DNA of 64,000 nucleotides from Candidatus Omnitrophota bacterium (GTDB lineage Bacteria; Omnitrophota; Gorgyraeia; Zapsychrales; Fredricksoniimonadaceae): NCBI GenBank assembly GCA_963828495.1, contig CAWHFJ010000009.1, positions 31,166 to 95,165 of the forward strand, read 5' to 3'. Shown piece by piece: positions 40,662 to 50,800 of this stretch (position 1 is its first letter; each line of letters starts with the position of its first letter). The notes under the pieces were generated by a model. It saw only the letters and a program-made list of their open reading frames with translations, ran no database searches and was not told where the DNA came from. The position numbers and the translations under genes were made by a program.

Positions 40662-42197
40662 TTACTTGCTAGCCTGCGTTTTTACTAAAAGCTCCCTCGA
40701 AATCTTGTCCGCCAAAAAATCTGCAGCCAATTTTTGTCCGAAAGATGTCAGATGCACAGAATCCCACCATAAAAACCCTTTATCATAATTTTGAACAAGA
40801 TAGCCGTGTAAATCTAAAACAGTGACCCCTGTTTCTTGACCCACTTGTCTCATGACTCTATGAAGTATTGGTAACCCCCACAGCCTTTCTTCTATTGAAT
40901 TGGCTTCTAGTACAAATATGGTTTTGATGCCCTTCGATATATTTAAATTAACAAATCGGCGTAAAACCTCCGCGAATTGGTCGGGATCATTATCGTTACT
41001 TGACAAATTAATGACCACCATCTTAGGTTCAAGAAAAATCCAATTCTTTATATAAATATCTAACAATCCCGAAGATGCCGCTCCAGGTATCCCCGCATTA
41101 ATACATTCAAAATGCCCCTTAAGAATAGCGCTGCTGTTTAATTTTTCTTCAATACGGTTAACCCAAGTCTCGGTTTCATTGCGCGCCCCTTCACCCCATG
41201 TTTGAGAGCTGCCAATAAAAAGCACCCTTATGTTATTCTTGGGATTTTCATCCGAATATCTCTCTTTAATTTTACTAAGAATATACCCGGGTTCTTTTCT
41301 AAAATAATATTCTCTTTCCAACTCCCTTATAGCCTGATTTCTTGCGAGGGGGTAATACCTGCCAGAAACATAAAAAAAGTCCAACAATAAAATCGCGCTT
41401 AACAAAATTGATACGACAAAATTGCCCGTAATTAATAAAAAAAAGGAATGTTTTGGGATGTTCTTTAGAAAAATATACAAAATATCACCCGCAATAACAT
41501 TCAATAAAAAAATAACTCCCAAAATATCAAAAAATACAAAAAAATTATCATGACTAAACTTCTCTTTTATAACATAATTGGAATTGAGTTCATAAATGAC
41601 AACGTCATCTACCAATGCCGTTTTAAGCCCGCCCCTAAATGCAATATGCTGTTGTTGCAGCAACGCTATTTCAATGGTTGCAATAAACTGCCCGTTCAGA
41701 TAAACCAAAACAGCGCCATGATTAAAAATAATTTTCGCATGATTCCATGTGTTTTTCTTGACGTTTGGGGCGTTTAATTCTTTTGTATATTTGAACTCTC
41801 CCTCATCACTACTGATGAAATATAAATTTTTAAATCTCTTATCTAAACTCAAACGGATCCCTGAAAATTGATTAGCATCTTTATTGAATTCGAAAACAAT
41901 ATACGCGTTCTCGGACAATTTGAAATCAAAATCGATTTCTCCGGGAGTGATGCCCTTTTTATAAACAACCTCTTGATATCCATGCCAACAGCTTAGGTTC
42001 AAATGCCCCTGAGCTAAAGCTGTCCGTGAAAAATAAAAATCAAGCCCTCCCTCGAGGTTTTTTTTGAAAGAAACCTTTGTGGGCATCCATTGGCCATTCT
42101 GATAAAGGGTGTTGGTCAATGAATTAAATAGTCCGGAGATCAAAACAGAAGGGATTAAAGACAGCAGCAGAATGGAAGAATAAAAATATGCCCGCAT
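40662..42197 (-). CDS. Membrane-anchored protein with N-terminal lectin-like domain and C-terminal SGNH/GDSL hydrolase domain
   Basis: C-terminal motifs VLFIGSSQTWG (GDS-like block I), NAGIPGA (block II) and DSVHLTSFG (DxxH block V). A central hydrophobic region (FFVFFDILGVIFLLNVIAG). Confidence 0.6.
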   Translation of the reverse strand: MRAYFYSSILLLSLIPSVLISGLFNSLTNTLYQNGQWMPTKVSFKKNLEGGLDFYFSRTALAQGHLNLSCWHGYQEVVYKKGITPGEIDFDFKLSENAYIVFEFNKDANQFSGIRLSLDKRFKNLYFISSDEGEFKYTKELNAPNVKKNTWNHAKIIFNHGAVLVYLNGQFIATIEIALLQQQHIAFRGGLKTALVDDVVIYELNSNYVIKEKFSHDNFFVFFDILGVIFLLNVIAGDILYIFLKNIPKHSFFLLITGNFVVSILLSAILLLDFFYVSGRYYPLARNQAIRELEREYYFRKEPGYILSKIKERYSDENPKNNIRVLFIGSSQTWGEGARNETETWVNRIEEKLNSSAILKGHFECINAGIPGAASSGLLDIYIKNWIFLEPKMVVINLSSNDNDPDQFAEVLRRFVNLNISKGIKTIFVLEANSIEERLWGLPILHRVMRQVGQETGVTVLDLHGYLVQNYDKGFLWWDSVHLTSFGQKLAADFLADKISRELLVKTQASK

Positions 42198-42357
42198 AAA
42201 AATGTAAAATGGGTAAGAAAGAATGGTGCCGAGAACAAGACCCCATCATCGGTTTTTGTAAGTGCTTATATTATCATATAATTGAAACCTTTCTACCTCT
42301 TTGTTGTGACGATAACGTGACGTTACGCTTTGGGTTTATCCTTACTTAACTCTTGGA

Positions 42358-42516
42358 TTAAAATAACGTATAAATAAATGGAGCTACCGCTGAACTTTGA
42401 GCAAAAATCACTAATAGACTCAATAACACAAGAATAATTATGATAGGAGCCAGCCAAAAGCGTTTGCGTACTTTTAAAAAATCCCAAAGTTCTTTCAATA
42501 TGGATAATTTTGACAT
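42358..42516 (-). CDS. DUF5989-family small membrane protein (52 aa)
   Basis: Minus-strand ORF not in the track: MSKLSILKELWDFLKVRKRFWLAPIIILVLLSLLVIFAQSSAVAPFIYTLF. This conserved small protein is typically found with SxtJ and carbamoyltransferase genes. Confidence 0.6.
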   Translation of the reverse strand: MSKLSILKELWDFLKVRKRFWLAPIIIILVLLSLLVIFAQSSAVAPFIYTLF

Positions 42517-42523
42517 AGCCCTT

Positions 42524-42919
42524 CTAAAATTGCTGAGTATAACCTTCGTTTTTATTCTTGCGCTTGATCCAATAAGAATCCAGTTGGCTTTTAAAGCCTA
42601 AATTCATAAAATCTTTTCCCATCAACCGTAAAATTATACTAGCGGGTGTGATCACACAGAAAAAAAGCAGAGTTAAAATGACTACGGTCACAATCTTATT
42701 AATCCCCTGTGCTACATTCATCCAATACTTAAACATTAGCTTCAGAACTGACGGTGCAAATATCGCCATCAATAAAACAATACCTCCTGCCATAATAAAA
42801 CCTTCCACCCAAACTGTTAGTCCATGTTTGACATATTGGCACCAGGCCAGAATAAAACAAATGACCGGTAATCCATAACCAAATACCAATAATTGGTTTT
42901 CTTCCTGTTTTTTTATCAT
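42524..42919 (-). CDS. SxtJ-family membrane protein
   Basis: 131 aa, three TM segments, positioned between the carbamoyltransferase and DUF5989 genes. Confidence 0.6.
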   Translation of the reverse strand: MIKKQEENQLLVFGYGLPVICFILAWCQYVKHGLTVWVEGFIMAGGIVLLMAIFAPSVLKLMFKYWMNVAQGINKIVTVVILTLLFFCVITPASIILRLMGKDFMNLGFKSQLDSYWIKRKNKNEGYTQQF

Positions 42920-42929
42920 ATTTCTGTTA

Positions 42930-44756
42930 TTAATCTAAAATAGTAAATACATTTTCTTTCTTGTACTTATCCCTGTTAAGCTGCTTCTCTTTTTCAAACA
43001 AACAATTCCCAACCAACAAGAAATCCATATCAGTACACATAAAACAACGGTACGCATCGTGTGCTGAACAAACAATGGGCTCACCACGAATATTAAATGA
43101 AGTGTTAATAATGACTGGACAACCAGTTAAGACATCAAATTCTTTAATAATACGATAAAACAATGGGTTTCTTTCTTCATCAACGGTTTGGACTCGTGCG
43201 GAATAATCCACATGAGTCACAGCAGTCACTTGCGAACGTTTAAATTTTAGTTTTTCTATTCCCCATAATCCTTCCATTCCTTGTACATCCAGACGCTTGT
43301 CCTGTTGAACATCTGCCGTTAATAACATGTACGGACTCTCAATATCTAAATCAAAATATTCTTTCGTTTTCTCAGCAAGTACCGCTGGGGCAAACGGACG
43401 AAATGATTCCCGAAATTTGACTTTTAAATTTAAAATTGACTGCATTTTTTCTGAACGCGCATCACCAATGATGCTACGGCCACCTAAAGCCCTAGGACCA
43501 AATTCCATCCGACCCTGACACAGGCCAATAACCTTTTCTTCCTTAATCAACTGGGCGATGCGACGAGGCAATAAATCATCCGAAAGATATTCATAAATCC
43601 AACCCTGGGTATCTGCCAGCGTTTTGATTTCCCCATCCACATTTGGCCCCAGAAATGACCCTTGTTGGGTGTCATTTTTATTATCAACCTGACGGGAATT
43701 CTTCAAATGTTGATGCCAGATCATCAACGCAGCGCCCAATGCGCCTCCTGCATCACCAGCAGCGGGTTGTATCCAAATATTCTTAAAAGGTGTTTGTTTA
43801 AGGATTTTCCCATTGCCAACGCAATTTAAAGCTACGCCACCGGCTAAGCATAAATTTTTCATTCCAGTTGTTGTGTGTACGTGCTGAGCAATTTTAACCA
43901 TAATTTCTTCCGTTACATTTTGAATGGAAGCGGCAATGTCCATATCCTTTTGAGTAATCGGCGTCTCCGGTTTACGCGGCGGCCCGCCAAACAAACTATG
44001 AAAACGTTCATTAGTCATGGCCAATCCAACACAATAATTAAAATACTCCATATTAAGACGAAATGAACCATCCGCTTTAATATTGACAATTTCCTGACGA
44101 ATTAAATCCGCATATTTAGGCTTTCCATAGGGGGCCAATCCCATCAATTTATACTCACCGGAATTGACCCTAAAGCCGACATAATAGGTAAACGCGGAAT
44201 ACAAAAGTCCTAACGAATGCGGGAATTGAATCTCCTTTTGGAGTTCAATCTTATTGTCTTTCCCTACTCCCCAACTGGTTGTCGTCCATTCACCGACTCC
44301 ATCCAAAGTGATAATCGCCGCCTGCTGAAAGGGTGAAGGGAAAAATGCGCTGGCAGCGTGCGACTCGTGGTGTTCGGGAAAAAGAATTTCTCCCTCAAAA
44401 TCCAACTCTTCTTGAATAAATGTTTTTATAAATATTTTTTCTTTAAGCCATACCGGCATGGCTTTTAAAAATGAGCCCCATCCCGAAGGAGCAAAACTCA
44501 AATAGGTCAATAATAGACGTTCAAATTTCAAAAACGGTTTCTCATAAAAAGCGATATGCGTAACATCTTTAATGGTAATGCCGCCTTCTTTGAGCCCGTA
44601 CATAATAGCATTATGAGGAAAAGCTGCGTCGTGCTTTTTGCGCGTGAACCGTTCTTCTTGAACAGCGGCCACAATAACTCCGTCTTTGACCAAGCACGCA
44701 GCACTATCATGATAAAATGCTGAAATTCCTAATATGTTAATGGATTTGTCCATCAT
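42930..44756 (-). CDS. Carbamoyltransferase (NodU/CmcH family)
   Basis: N-terminus NILGISAFYHDSAACLVKDGVIVAAVQEERFTRKKHD... (Kae1/YgjD-like domain of NodU-type carbamoyltransferases). 608 aa. Confidence 0.88.
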   Translation of the reverse strand: MMDKSINILGISAFYHDSAACLVKDGVIVAAVQEERFTRKKHDAAFPHNAIMYGLKEGGITIKDVTHIAFYEKPFLKFERLLLTYLSFAPSGWGSFLKAMPVWLKEKIFIKTFIQEELDFEGEILFPEHHESHAASAFFPSPFQQAAIITLDGVGEWTTTSWGVGKDNKIELQKEIQFPHSLGLLYSAFTYYVGFRVNSGEYKLMGLAPYGKPKYADLIRQEIVNIKADGSFRLNMEYFNYCVGLAMTNERFHSLFGGPPRKPETPITQKDMDIAASIQNVTEEIMVKIAQHVHTTTGMKNLCLAGGVALNCVGNGKILKQTPFKNIWIQPAAGDAGGALGAALMIWHQHLKNSRQVDNKNDTQQGSFLGPNVDGEIKTLADTQGWIYEYLSDDLLPRRIAQLIKEEKVIGLCQGRMEFGPRALGGRSIIGDARSEKMQSILNLKVKFRESFRPFAPAVLAEKTKEYFDLDIESPYMLLTADVQQDKRLDVQGMEGLWGIEKLKFKRSQVTAVTHVDYSARVQTVDEERNPLFYRIIKEFDVLTGCPVIINTSFNIRGEPIVCSAHDAYRCFMCTDMDFLLVGNCLFEKEKQLNRDKYKKENVFTILD

Positions 44757-44825
44757 TTATATCTCTTTATTACCGATGAATTGAGAAAGTATACCATTAT
44801 ATGGATTTGGCCTAAAAAAGGAAAG

Positions 44826-44898
44826 TGCCGAGACCCAGACTTGCACTGGGGACGCCAGGATTTTCAGTCCTGCGCTCTACTACCTGAGCTATCTCGGC
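44826..44898 (-). tRNA. tRNA-Phe (GAA)
   Basis: Minus strand GCCGAGATAGCTCAGGTAGTAGAGCGCAGGACTGAAAATCCTGGCGTCCCCAGTGCAAGTCTGGGTCTCGGCA. Anticodon stem CAGGA/TCCTG with loop CTGAAAA. Confidence 0.8.
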
Positions 44899-44951
44899 GT
44901 AAATTCTTTGGAAAGAAGTAAGACCCTATTCTACTGAAAAGTCTTGAAATG

Positions 44952-45953
44952 TCAATGAGAAGCGTCCTGGAGAAAACGTGCCGCATCCTGAGGGAAGGTC
45001 GGCACAATATGCAATCCGGTCCCCCACTCAAAACCAACACTGCGGGTCAATTTCGGAATAATTTCGATATGCCAATGATAACACGCGCCATTGGCATAGC
45101 CTATAGGCGCCATATGCAGATAATAATTATAGGAAGGATTCCCTAAAGCTTTTTTTACGCATTTAAGGACATCCTGCAATATTTGCGCCAAATCCGCCTG
45201 GGTCGCTTCATCAATCACAGAAAAATCCGCGCTGTGCGCCTTAGGCATGATCCACGTTTCAAAAGCATACCGCGGCGCAAAGGGGCAAAAAGCTAAAAAA
45301 TTACCGTTTTCCATGACAATACGTTCTTTATCCTGATACTCCTGGACGATCATATCGCAAAATATGCAGCGGCCGCGGTATTGATGATAATGCTCCGCCC
45401 CCTTAATTTCTTCCAGCACGGTTTTAGGGACCATGGGTAAAGCGATGATCTGGCTATGGGTATGCTCGACGGTGGCTCCGGCAGAAGAGCCGAAATTCTT
45501 AAAAATCACCACATATTTAAAACGGCTGTCCTGAGACAATTGACGCGCACGACTTTGATATTGACTAACGACCGCCTTCATTTCTTCAAGGGTCAGGTCA
45601 GTCAGGATTTTATCATGGTCCGGGCATTCGATCAAAACTTCATGGGCGCCTATCCCGTTGGTCTGGTCATAAATACCAATGCCCTCTTTTTGCAGCGTGC
45701 CTTCAGAGGTCAAAACCGGAAACTTATTAGAGACTGTGCGCACCTGCCATCCTGGTGTATTCGCCGCACCAACGAGCGGGCGAATGGCATCCACTTCCGC
45801 GGGTGTTTGATGTTCCCTCCCGGGACAAAAGGGACAAGTCGCTTTGGCCCTGGGCGTATTGTCTTCTTTAGGGAAATCCGCAGGTCCCTTAAGATGCTCG
45901 CTGTCCATAATCACCCAGCGTCCGACTATAGGGTCTCGTCGTAGTTCAGGCAT
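44952..45953 (-). CDS. galT: Galactose-1-phosphate uridylyltransferase (HIT-family GalT)
   Basis: CPFCPG Zn motif near the N-terminus and the HTHSQ (HxHxQ) active-site motif. 333 aa. Confidence 0.8.
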   Translation of the reverse strand: MPELRRDPIVGRWVIMDSEHLKGPADFPKEDNTPRAKATCPFCPGREHQTPAEVDAIRPLVGAANTPGWQVRTVSNKFPVLTSEGTLQKEGIGIYDQTNGIGAHEVLIECPDHDKILTDLTLEEMKAVVSQYQSRARQLSQDSRFKYVVIFKNFGSSAGATVEHTHSQIIALPMVPKTVLEEIKGAEHYHQYRGRCIFCDMIVQEYQDKERIVMENGNFLAFCPFAPRYAFETWIMPKAHSADFSVIDEATQADLAQILQDVLKCVKKALGNPSYNYYLHMAPIGYANGACYHWHIEIIPKLTRSVGFEWGTGLHIVPTFPQDAARFLQDASH

Positions 45954-45959
45954 TAAACC

Positions 45960-46920
45960 TCAACCTCCCTTAAAAAAACCGCGGTCATCTCCGGAGGAAT
46001 GGGGCAAATATAAAAACCCGTTCCTCTTTCGAAACCCAGCCACCCGTGTGAGTCTGGGAATTAATTCAATGTGCCAATGATAATCTTCTTTAAAAAGGGG
46101 CATGTTCTTGGCCGGCGCGGTCTGTATCATGTAATTATAGGCCGGGTCGTTAAGCCCTATTTTAAAACGGGACAACACATTTTTCATAATGCCGGCCAAC
46201 GATTGTTCATACCCCTTAATCCCGTCGGCAAAATCACAATGATGGGTTTTGGGTAAAATCCAGGTTTCAAAAGGGAATCTCGAGGCAAAGGGAGTCATGG
46301 CTATAAAATGCTCATTCTCGAGGACCACCCGCTGGCCACCTTCACGTTCTTGAGCGATCATGTCGCAGAACAAACAGCGTTCATGGTAATCAAAATATCT
46401 TTTAGCCCCGCTGATTTTATCTTTGACACGCATGGGCAAAACCGGCACGGCCATGATCTGTGAACGGGAGTGCCCGATATTGCGGCTTCCGGCGGCAACA
46501 CCATAATTCTTATACGCTAAAATATATTCAATAAACGGGTCCCGGCGATGCTCCTGCATGCGTAAGGCATACGCTTGCAGCACACCTTTGATCTGCGCCA
46601 GAGATAGATCCGCCATATTAGCGATATGCTTGGAAGTTTCCAGCACGACTTCATGGCTGCCGTAACTGTAGCAAACATCATAAAGACCATGGCCCCGGCG
46701 TTCAAAAGCTTTACTGTTATCCAAAATAGGGTTACTGCTTTTGACTACCTTGACACCGCCGGACTCATAAATGATCGCGGAGGTCTTATCCTGGCAAAAA
46801 GGGCAATCTTTAGGATCGTCTCCGCAGACACAGGGTCCACAAAGGCCGCGAGCCTCCGGGCGCGCTCGGTGGCAATAATGACCCAGCGGCCGACAATAAG
46901 ATCTTTTCTTAATTGAGGCA
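45960..46920 (-). CDS. Second GalT-family (HIT) nucleotidyltransferase paralog, with a compensating pair of frameshifts near 46820-46870
   Basis: MPQLRKDLIVGRWVII...; CPF/CQDKTSAI reads only after two frame switches (one in a T6 run); IGHSRSQ (HxHxQ-like) motif. Confidence 0.6.
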
Positions 46921-46963
46921 TAAGCGTAATTATAACACTAGTTAAATGGACAACTTCCTATTT

Positions 46964-47901
46964 TTATAAAAATTGGCAGCCGGGAACTATTTTATACCCC
47001 GCCGCGAAACTGACCGCGGACATCACACGCCCGGCTTCAGGTTGTACTTCTTTGATTAAAAGGCCGCTGATCCCCTGCGGCCACCACAAAACCATTTTTG
47101 TCGACGTTGATCACCTGCCCCGGAATATACTTGGCCGTATCCTCCGTCGTCGTTGCGGCCTGAAGAATTTTAAGCATTTTACCGTTATAAAAAGTGTACG
47201 CCCCCGGCCAAGGCATGAAGGCCGCGCACCTGGTTAAAAATCCAGCCGTGCGGGTTTGGCCCAATCGATCTTCCCCATCTGACGGGTCAGTTTAGAGCGC
47301 ATAGGACACCTGGTCTTCCTCTTGCGGTGTTAACGCATATTGACCTGACGCGCATTGATCCAAAACTCTCACCAAAAGCTTGGCGCCAAGTTGAGCCATC
47401 CGTGCGCGCAATTGGGCGGCGTTTTCATCATCTAAGACAGTCATCCTCTCCTGAGCGATCATATCTCCGGCATCCAGCGCCAATGCCATTTTCTGTACGG
47501 TCACTCCTGTTTCCCGCTCGCCGTTCAAAATGGCCCAGTTAATAGGCGCTGCCCCGCGGTATTTAGGCAAAAGAGACGCATGCACGTTGATGCAAAAGAT
47601 CTTGGGAATATCCAGAATCTCCTGCGTTAACAGGCGACCGAAAGCTACCACCACAAAAATATCGGCCTGGTAAGCTCTCAAGGTCTGGACGACGGTTTTA
47701 GATTTCAACGATGCCGGCTGCAGGCAAGGTATGTTGCTGCTCTAAAACCATTTTTTTAATAGGTGAGACGCCTATCTTCATGCCTCTGCCTTGCGGTTTA
47801 TCCACAGAGGTGACACAGCCAAGCACTTGGTGTCCGCAGGCGAGTATCTGCTCTAAATGCACAGCGGCAAAATCATCACTGCCGAAAAAAATAATTTTCA
47901 T
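46964..47901 (-). CDS. fmt: Methionyl-tRNA formyltransferase, split by two or more frameshifts
   Basis: Pieces MKIIFFGSDDFAAVHLEQIL... (47698-47952), ...DIFVVVAFGRLLTQEILDIPKIFCINVHASLLPKYRGAAPINWAILNGERETGVTVQKM... (47292-47708) and the C-terminal domain (47037-47264, then a further frame) together reconstitute Fmt. Confidence 0.75.
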
Positions 47902-49034
47902 TGAGCCCCCCGTAATCTGACCCACCCGTACGCTGAAATCATGGCTATACACGGCACCACAGGCACTCTGAAGCGATCTGTCACGATCGATGTCACGACA
48001 GACACCGACCCAAAAAGAAAATAGGCAATAATCAGCAACAAAAACTGATAGGTCATATTTCGTCCGGTCTTCACAACTCCCGCTATAAAGCCGACCATCC
48101 AGAAAACCATGAAGGGATAGGCCAAGACCTTGCCCATAGCGGTCAAAACAGGTGAACCGAAATATTTCAAAGATCCCGGCCTCGTCATGAAGGAAACCAG
48201 GGAACCGGAAACCATCTTAACATAATACCCTGCTAGCATAACCCCCTGCGGCAAGGGGTATTTCTCCCTCGTATAGCTCCCCTCTAACCCATAACCTGCA
48301 TTGACCTGGGCCACCGTAGAAAAAGCCGTCAGCTTGCAAGAGTTATAATTTCTGACCTGCCATGCCCCCAAAAGGCTAAACACAATGATGCCGAAAAGCA
48401 CAGCATGCATGATCGCTCTTCTTATATGGCGGGGCCCATGGGCATAAATAATAAAAAAAGTGACCGCGCCGCCTAAATAATAGCTCCCCGGACGGATATA
48501 CGCCAACGCCGCCATGATCAATGCTGATAAAACCAAAAACTTCACTTTCCCCTGCCGCAGATAAAGAACAAAACTCCCAATAAAAAGCGCCAGGCAAAAC
48601 ACGAATAACGTTTCTGTCAACAATCTTAACGAGCTCATCGTCGTCGGCAAATCAAATAAAAATAGCGTTGCGCTTAAAGCCGCGATTTTCGCATCAATGT
48701 GGAGAGCAATCAAATAAATGATCCAGGCGGTCAAAACAGTTACCATGACCTGCACAAAAATAACCCCGTTTAACGGGACATTGGCCACGTCATGGAGACC
48801 CGCTAAAAAGAGCGGATACCCCGGCGTACGAAACGTTTCCGGATGCAGCCGTCCGTCCGGGCCCGGCGAAGAGAAAGACCCCTTCTCATAAAGAGCATCC
48901 GCCAACTCTAAATACTTGAGACTATCAGGCCCATATTTACTGTTAGCGACACGCAGCGTACCAAAAACAAATAAAGCAAGCTTAATAAGGATGGCGAGGG
49001 CCATCAAAACCAGAAATATTTTCTTGACCTTCAT
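47898..49034 (-). CDS. Polytopic membrane protein, GT-C-like (hypothetical)
   Basis: 378 aa with about 10 TM segments. No diagnostic motif. Confidence 0.4.
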   Translation of the reverse strand: MKVKKIFLVLMALAILIKLALFVFGTLRVANSKYGPDSLKYLELADALYEKGSFSSPGPDGRLHPETFRTPGYPLFLAGLHDVANVPLNGVIFVQVMVTVLTAWIIYLIALHIDAKIAALSATLFLFDLPTTMSSLRLLTETLFVFCLALFIGSFVLYLRQGKVKFLVLSALIMAALAYIRPGSYYLGGAVTFFIIYAHGPRHIRRAIMHAVLFGIIVFSLLGAWQVRNYNSCKLTAFSTVAQVNAGYGLEGSYTREKYPLPQGVMLAGYYVKMVSGSLVSFMTRPGSLKYFGSPVLTAMGKVLAYPFMVFWMVGFIAGVVKTGRNMTYQFLLLIIAYFLFGSVSVVTSIVTDRFRVPVVPCIAMISAYGWVRLRGAQ

Positions 49035-50800
49035 TATGGATCCACGTTTAAGGTTACACAGACCCGGCTGGGGCGTTTGATTTGCCCTAACGCGGATTTT
49101 ATAAACGCCACGGCACCCCTGACCTGGTCTGTCTGCACCATCACATTAAAAAGAAACTGATCGCGCCTGCGGGCAACACCATCAGCTAAAGGAGGTATTA
49201 CAGCATAATGTGCCGGCGCCGTTTTTCTTAATTGATTATACACTTGGGCTGAAGTTTCTTGTGCAGATTTTTCAGACCTTGCGCGTAAGGTTATCTTGAC
49301 CCAATGCTTGAAAGGGCTGAATCCAAATTCTTTTCTCAGCCTCAATTCCTCGTCATAAAACCCTTGGCTATCATTGGCCTTAAGGCTTTTAACCACATAA
49401 TGATTGATGTCCCGGGTTTGGATAAACACACGCTCAAGCGTCATGTCGCTGATATGCCGCGCTAAGCGAAACGCATGGCAGGAAGAACGCATATCCAAAC
49501 GATTTAATTCCGCATCAAAATCAATGAACGCGGCCATGTGCACTTGCCATGTCCCTTGAAAACGTAAGACGGCTTGGGTGGAAACGAGAATATCGAAATC
49601 AGGAAGAGATTGCTTCGTCGCTTCGCTCCTCGCAATGACACCATCCTTGACAGATAATTTGGTAGCGCGTTCAAATGAAACAATCTTGGCCTGAGGAAAA
49701 TACTTTTTTAATTCTGCCTGTATTTGCTCGACCCCTATACCCCTCGAGCGCCAGTTGGATTTGCGGCATTGGGGGCAAATGAGCTCGCCGGAGGCAGTAC
49801 TCGTGCAATGGCGGCACAAATATTTTCCGGCTGACCTGGAATAAATGAGCGGACTGTCACAGCGGCTGCATTTGAGGACTGTCTCACAATCCCCACAGCG
49901 GGTGATCCGATAAGAGCCTCTGCGATTTAAAACCAAAATACTTTTCTTGCCCGCTTTCAAAGCCCCCTGAAGCGCATCATGCACCGGCGGGGACACCATC
50001 CCGGGCATGAATTTATAATTAGACAAATCAACCGTCGTTATAACGGGCGTATGGGGGGCTGTCTCATCGATGAGTTTGACCCGCCCCTCGTGGTTTAAAG
50101 CCATGAGTTCCGGCGACGGGGAAGTCCCAATAAAAGCCGTATCAAAGCCGTAAATCTTGGCGCGCATCAAAAGCACGTCACGCGTCTCATACATCGGCAT
50201 CTGCTCCTGTTTATAGGAGGCATCCTCATCATCCACCATGATAACGCAAGTCAAGTGCCCATCGCATTCAAAAACCGAAGAACGCGTGCCTATTTTGAGT
50301 GTCCCCTCACACTTGAGGTGTTTGGAAAGCGTCGCCGCTCTGAAAGCGTCGGGGACCAGGATCAAAAAACGGGGCGCCTGCAGGCTGCGATATCCGTCAA
50401 TAATTTCCTGAATCTTGGCCGCGTACCGGCCGACAGAAGACCTGTATAAAGAAACCAGCGGCTTGCCTTCCCGTCGTAGAGAAGGCTGCAAGTCTGCTTT
50501 AGACCTGTACATCGTGCTCAGGGCTTCCCCCAAGCTGCAGCCGTAATAAGCAGAAAAATCTTGCGCGAAGGCTAAATCCAACAGGTTAAACGCGGCGGAC
50601 GTGTCCACCAAAGCCTGTATCGATTTTAATCGGGGAATGGCGCTTTGTGCAAGCAGTCCCACCACAAAACCAATCCGGGACTTGGCGCCAAATGAAACTT
50701 TGACACGCATCCCTACCGCTATTTTTTCGGCTAAATGGGGAGGGATGTAATAATCAAATGGCCCGTCGATGGGCAAATCGAAGACAACCTGAGCAATCAT
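49034..50800 (-). CDS. priA: PriA-like primosomal protein N' lacking canonical Walker A and DExH helicase motifs
   Basis: N-terminal 3'-DNA-binding domain (IAQVVFDLPIDGPFDYYIPPHL...VGMRVKVSFGAKSRIGFVV) and a Cys4-Cys4 zinc region (CGDCETVLKCSRCDSPL...CRHCTS...CPQCRKS). GxxGSGKT is absent and the DExH position reads MVDDEDASY. A start at ATG 50800 is preferred over the ORF-track 50893. Confidence 0.65.
   Translation of the reverse strand: MIAQVVFDLPIDGPFDYYIPPHLAEKIAVGMRVKVSFGAKSRIGFVVGLLAQSAIPRLKSIQALVDTSAAFNLLDLAFAQDFSAYYGCSLGEALSTMYRSKADLQPSLRREGKPLVSLYRSSVGRYAAKIQEIIDGYRSLQAPRFLILVPDAFRAATLSKHLKCEGTLKIGTRSSVFECDGHLTCVIMVDDEDASYKQEQMPMYETRDVLLMRAKIYGFDTAFIGTSPSPELMALNHEGRVKLIDETAPHTPVITTVDLSNYKFMPGMVSPPVHDALQGALKAGKKSILVLNRRGSYRITRCGDCETVLKCSRCDSPLIYSRSAGKYLCRHCTSTASGELICPQCRKSNWRSRGIGVEQIQAELKKYFPQAKIVSFERATKLSVKDGVIARSEATKQSLPDFDILVSTQAVLRFQGTWQVHMAAFIDFDAELNRLDMRSSCHAFRLARHISDMTLERVFIQTRDINHYVVKSLKANDSQGFYDEELRLRKEFGFSPFKHWVKITLRARSEKSAQETSAQVYNQLRKTAPAHYAVIPPLADGVARRRDQFLFNVMVQTDQVRGAVAFIKSALGQIKRPSRVCVTLNVDP

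Noticed and set aside
31514..44898. 13-kb segment bounded by tRNA-Thr and tRNA-Phe in the same orientation, considered as a possible genomic island
   Set aside because: No integrase, direct-repeat att sites or mobility genes are present, and the content (sugar transport, glycosyltransferases) is continuous with the flanking regions. Most likely ordinary tRNA placement.
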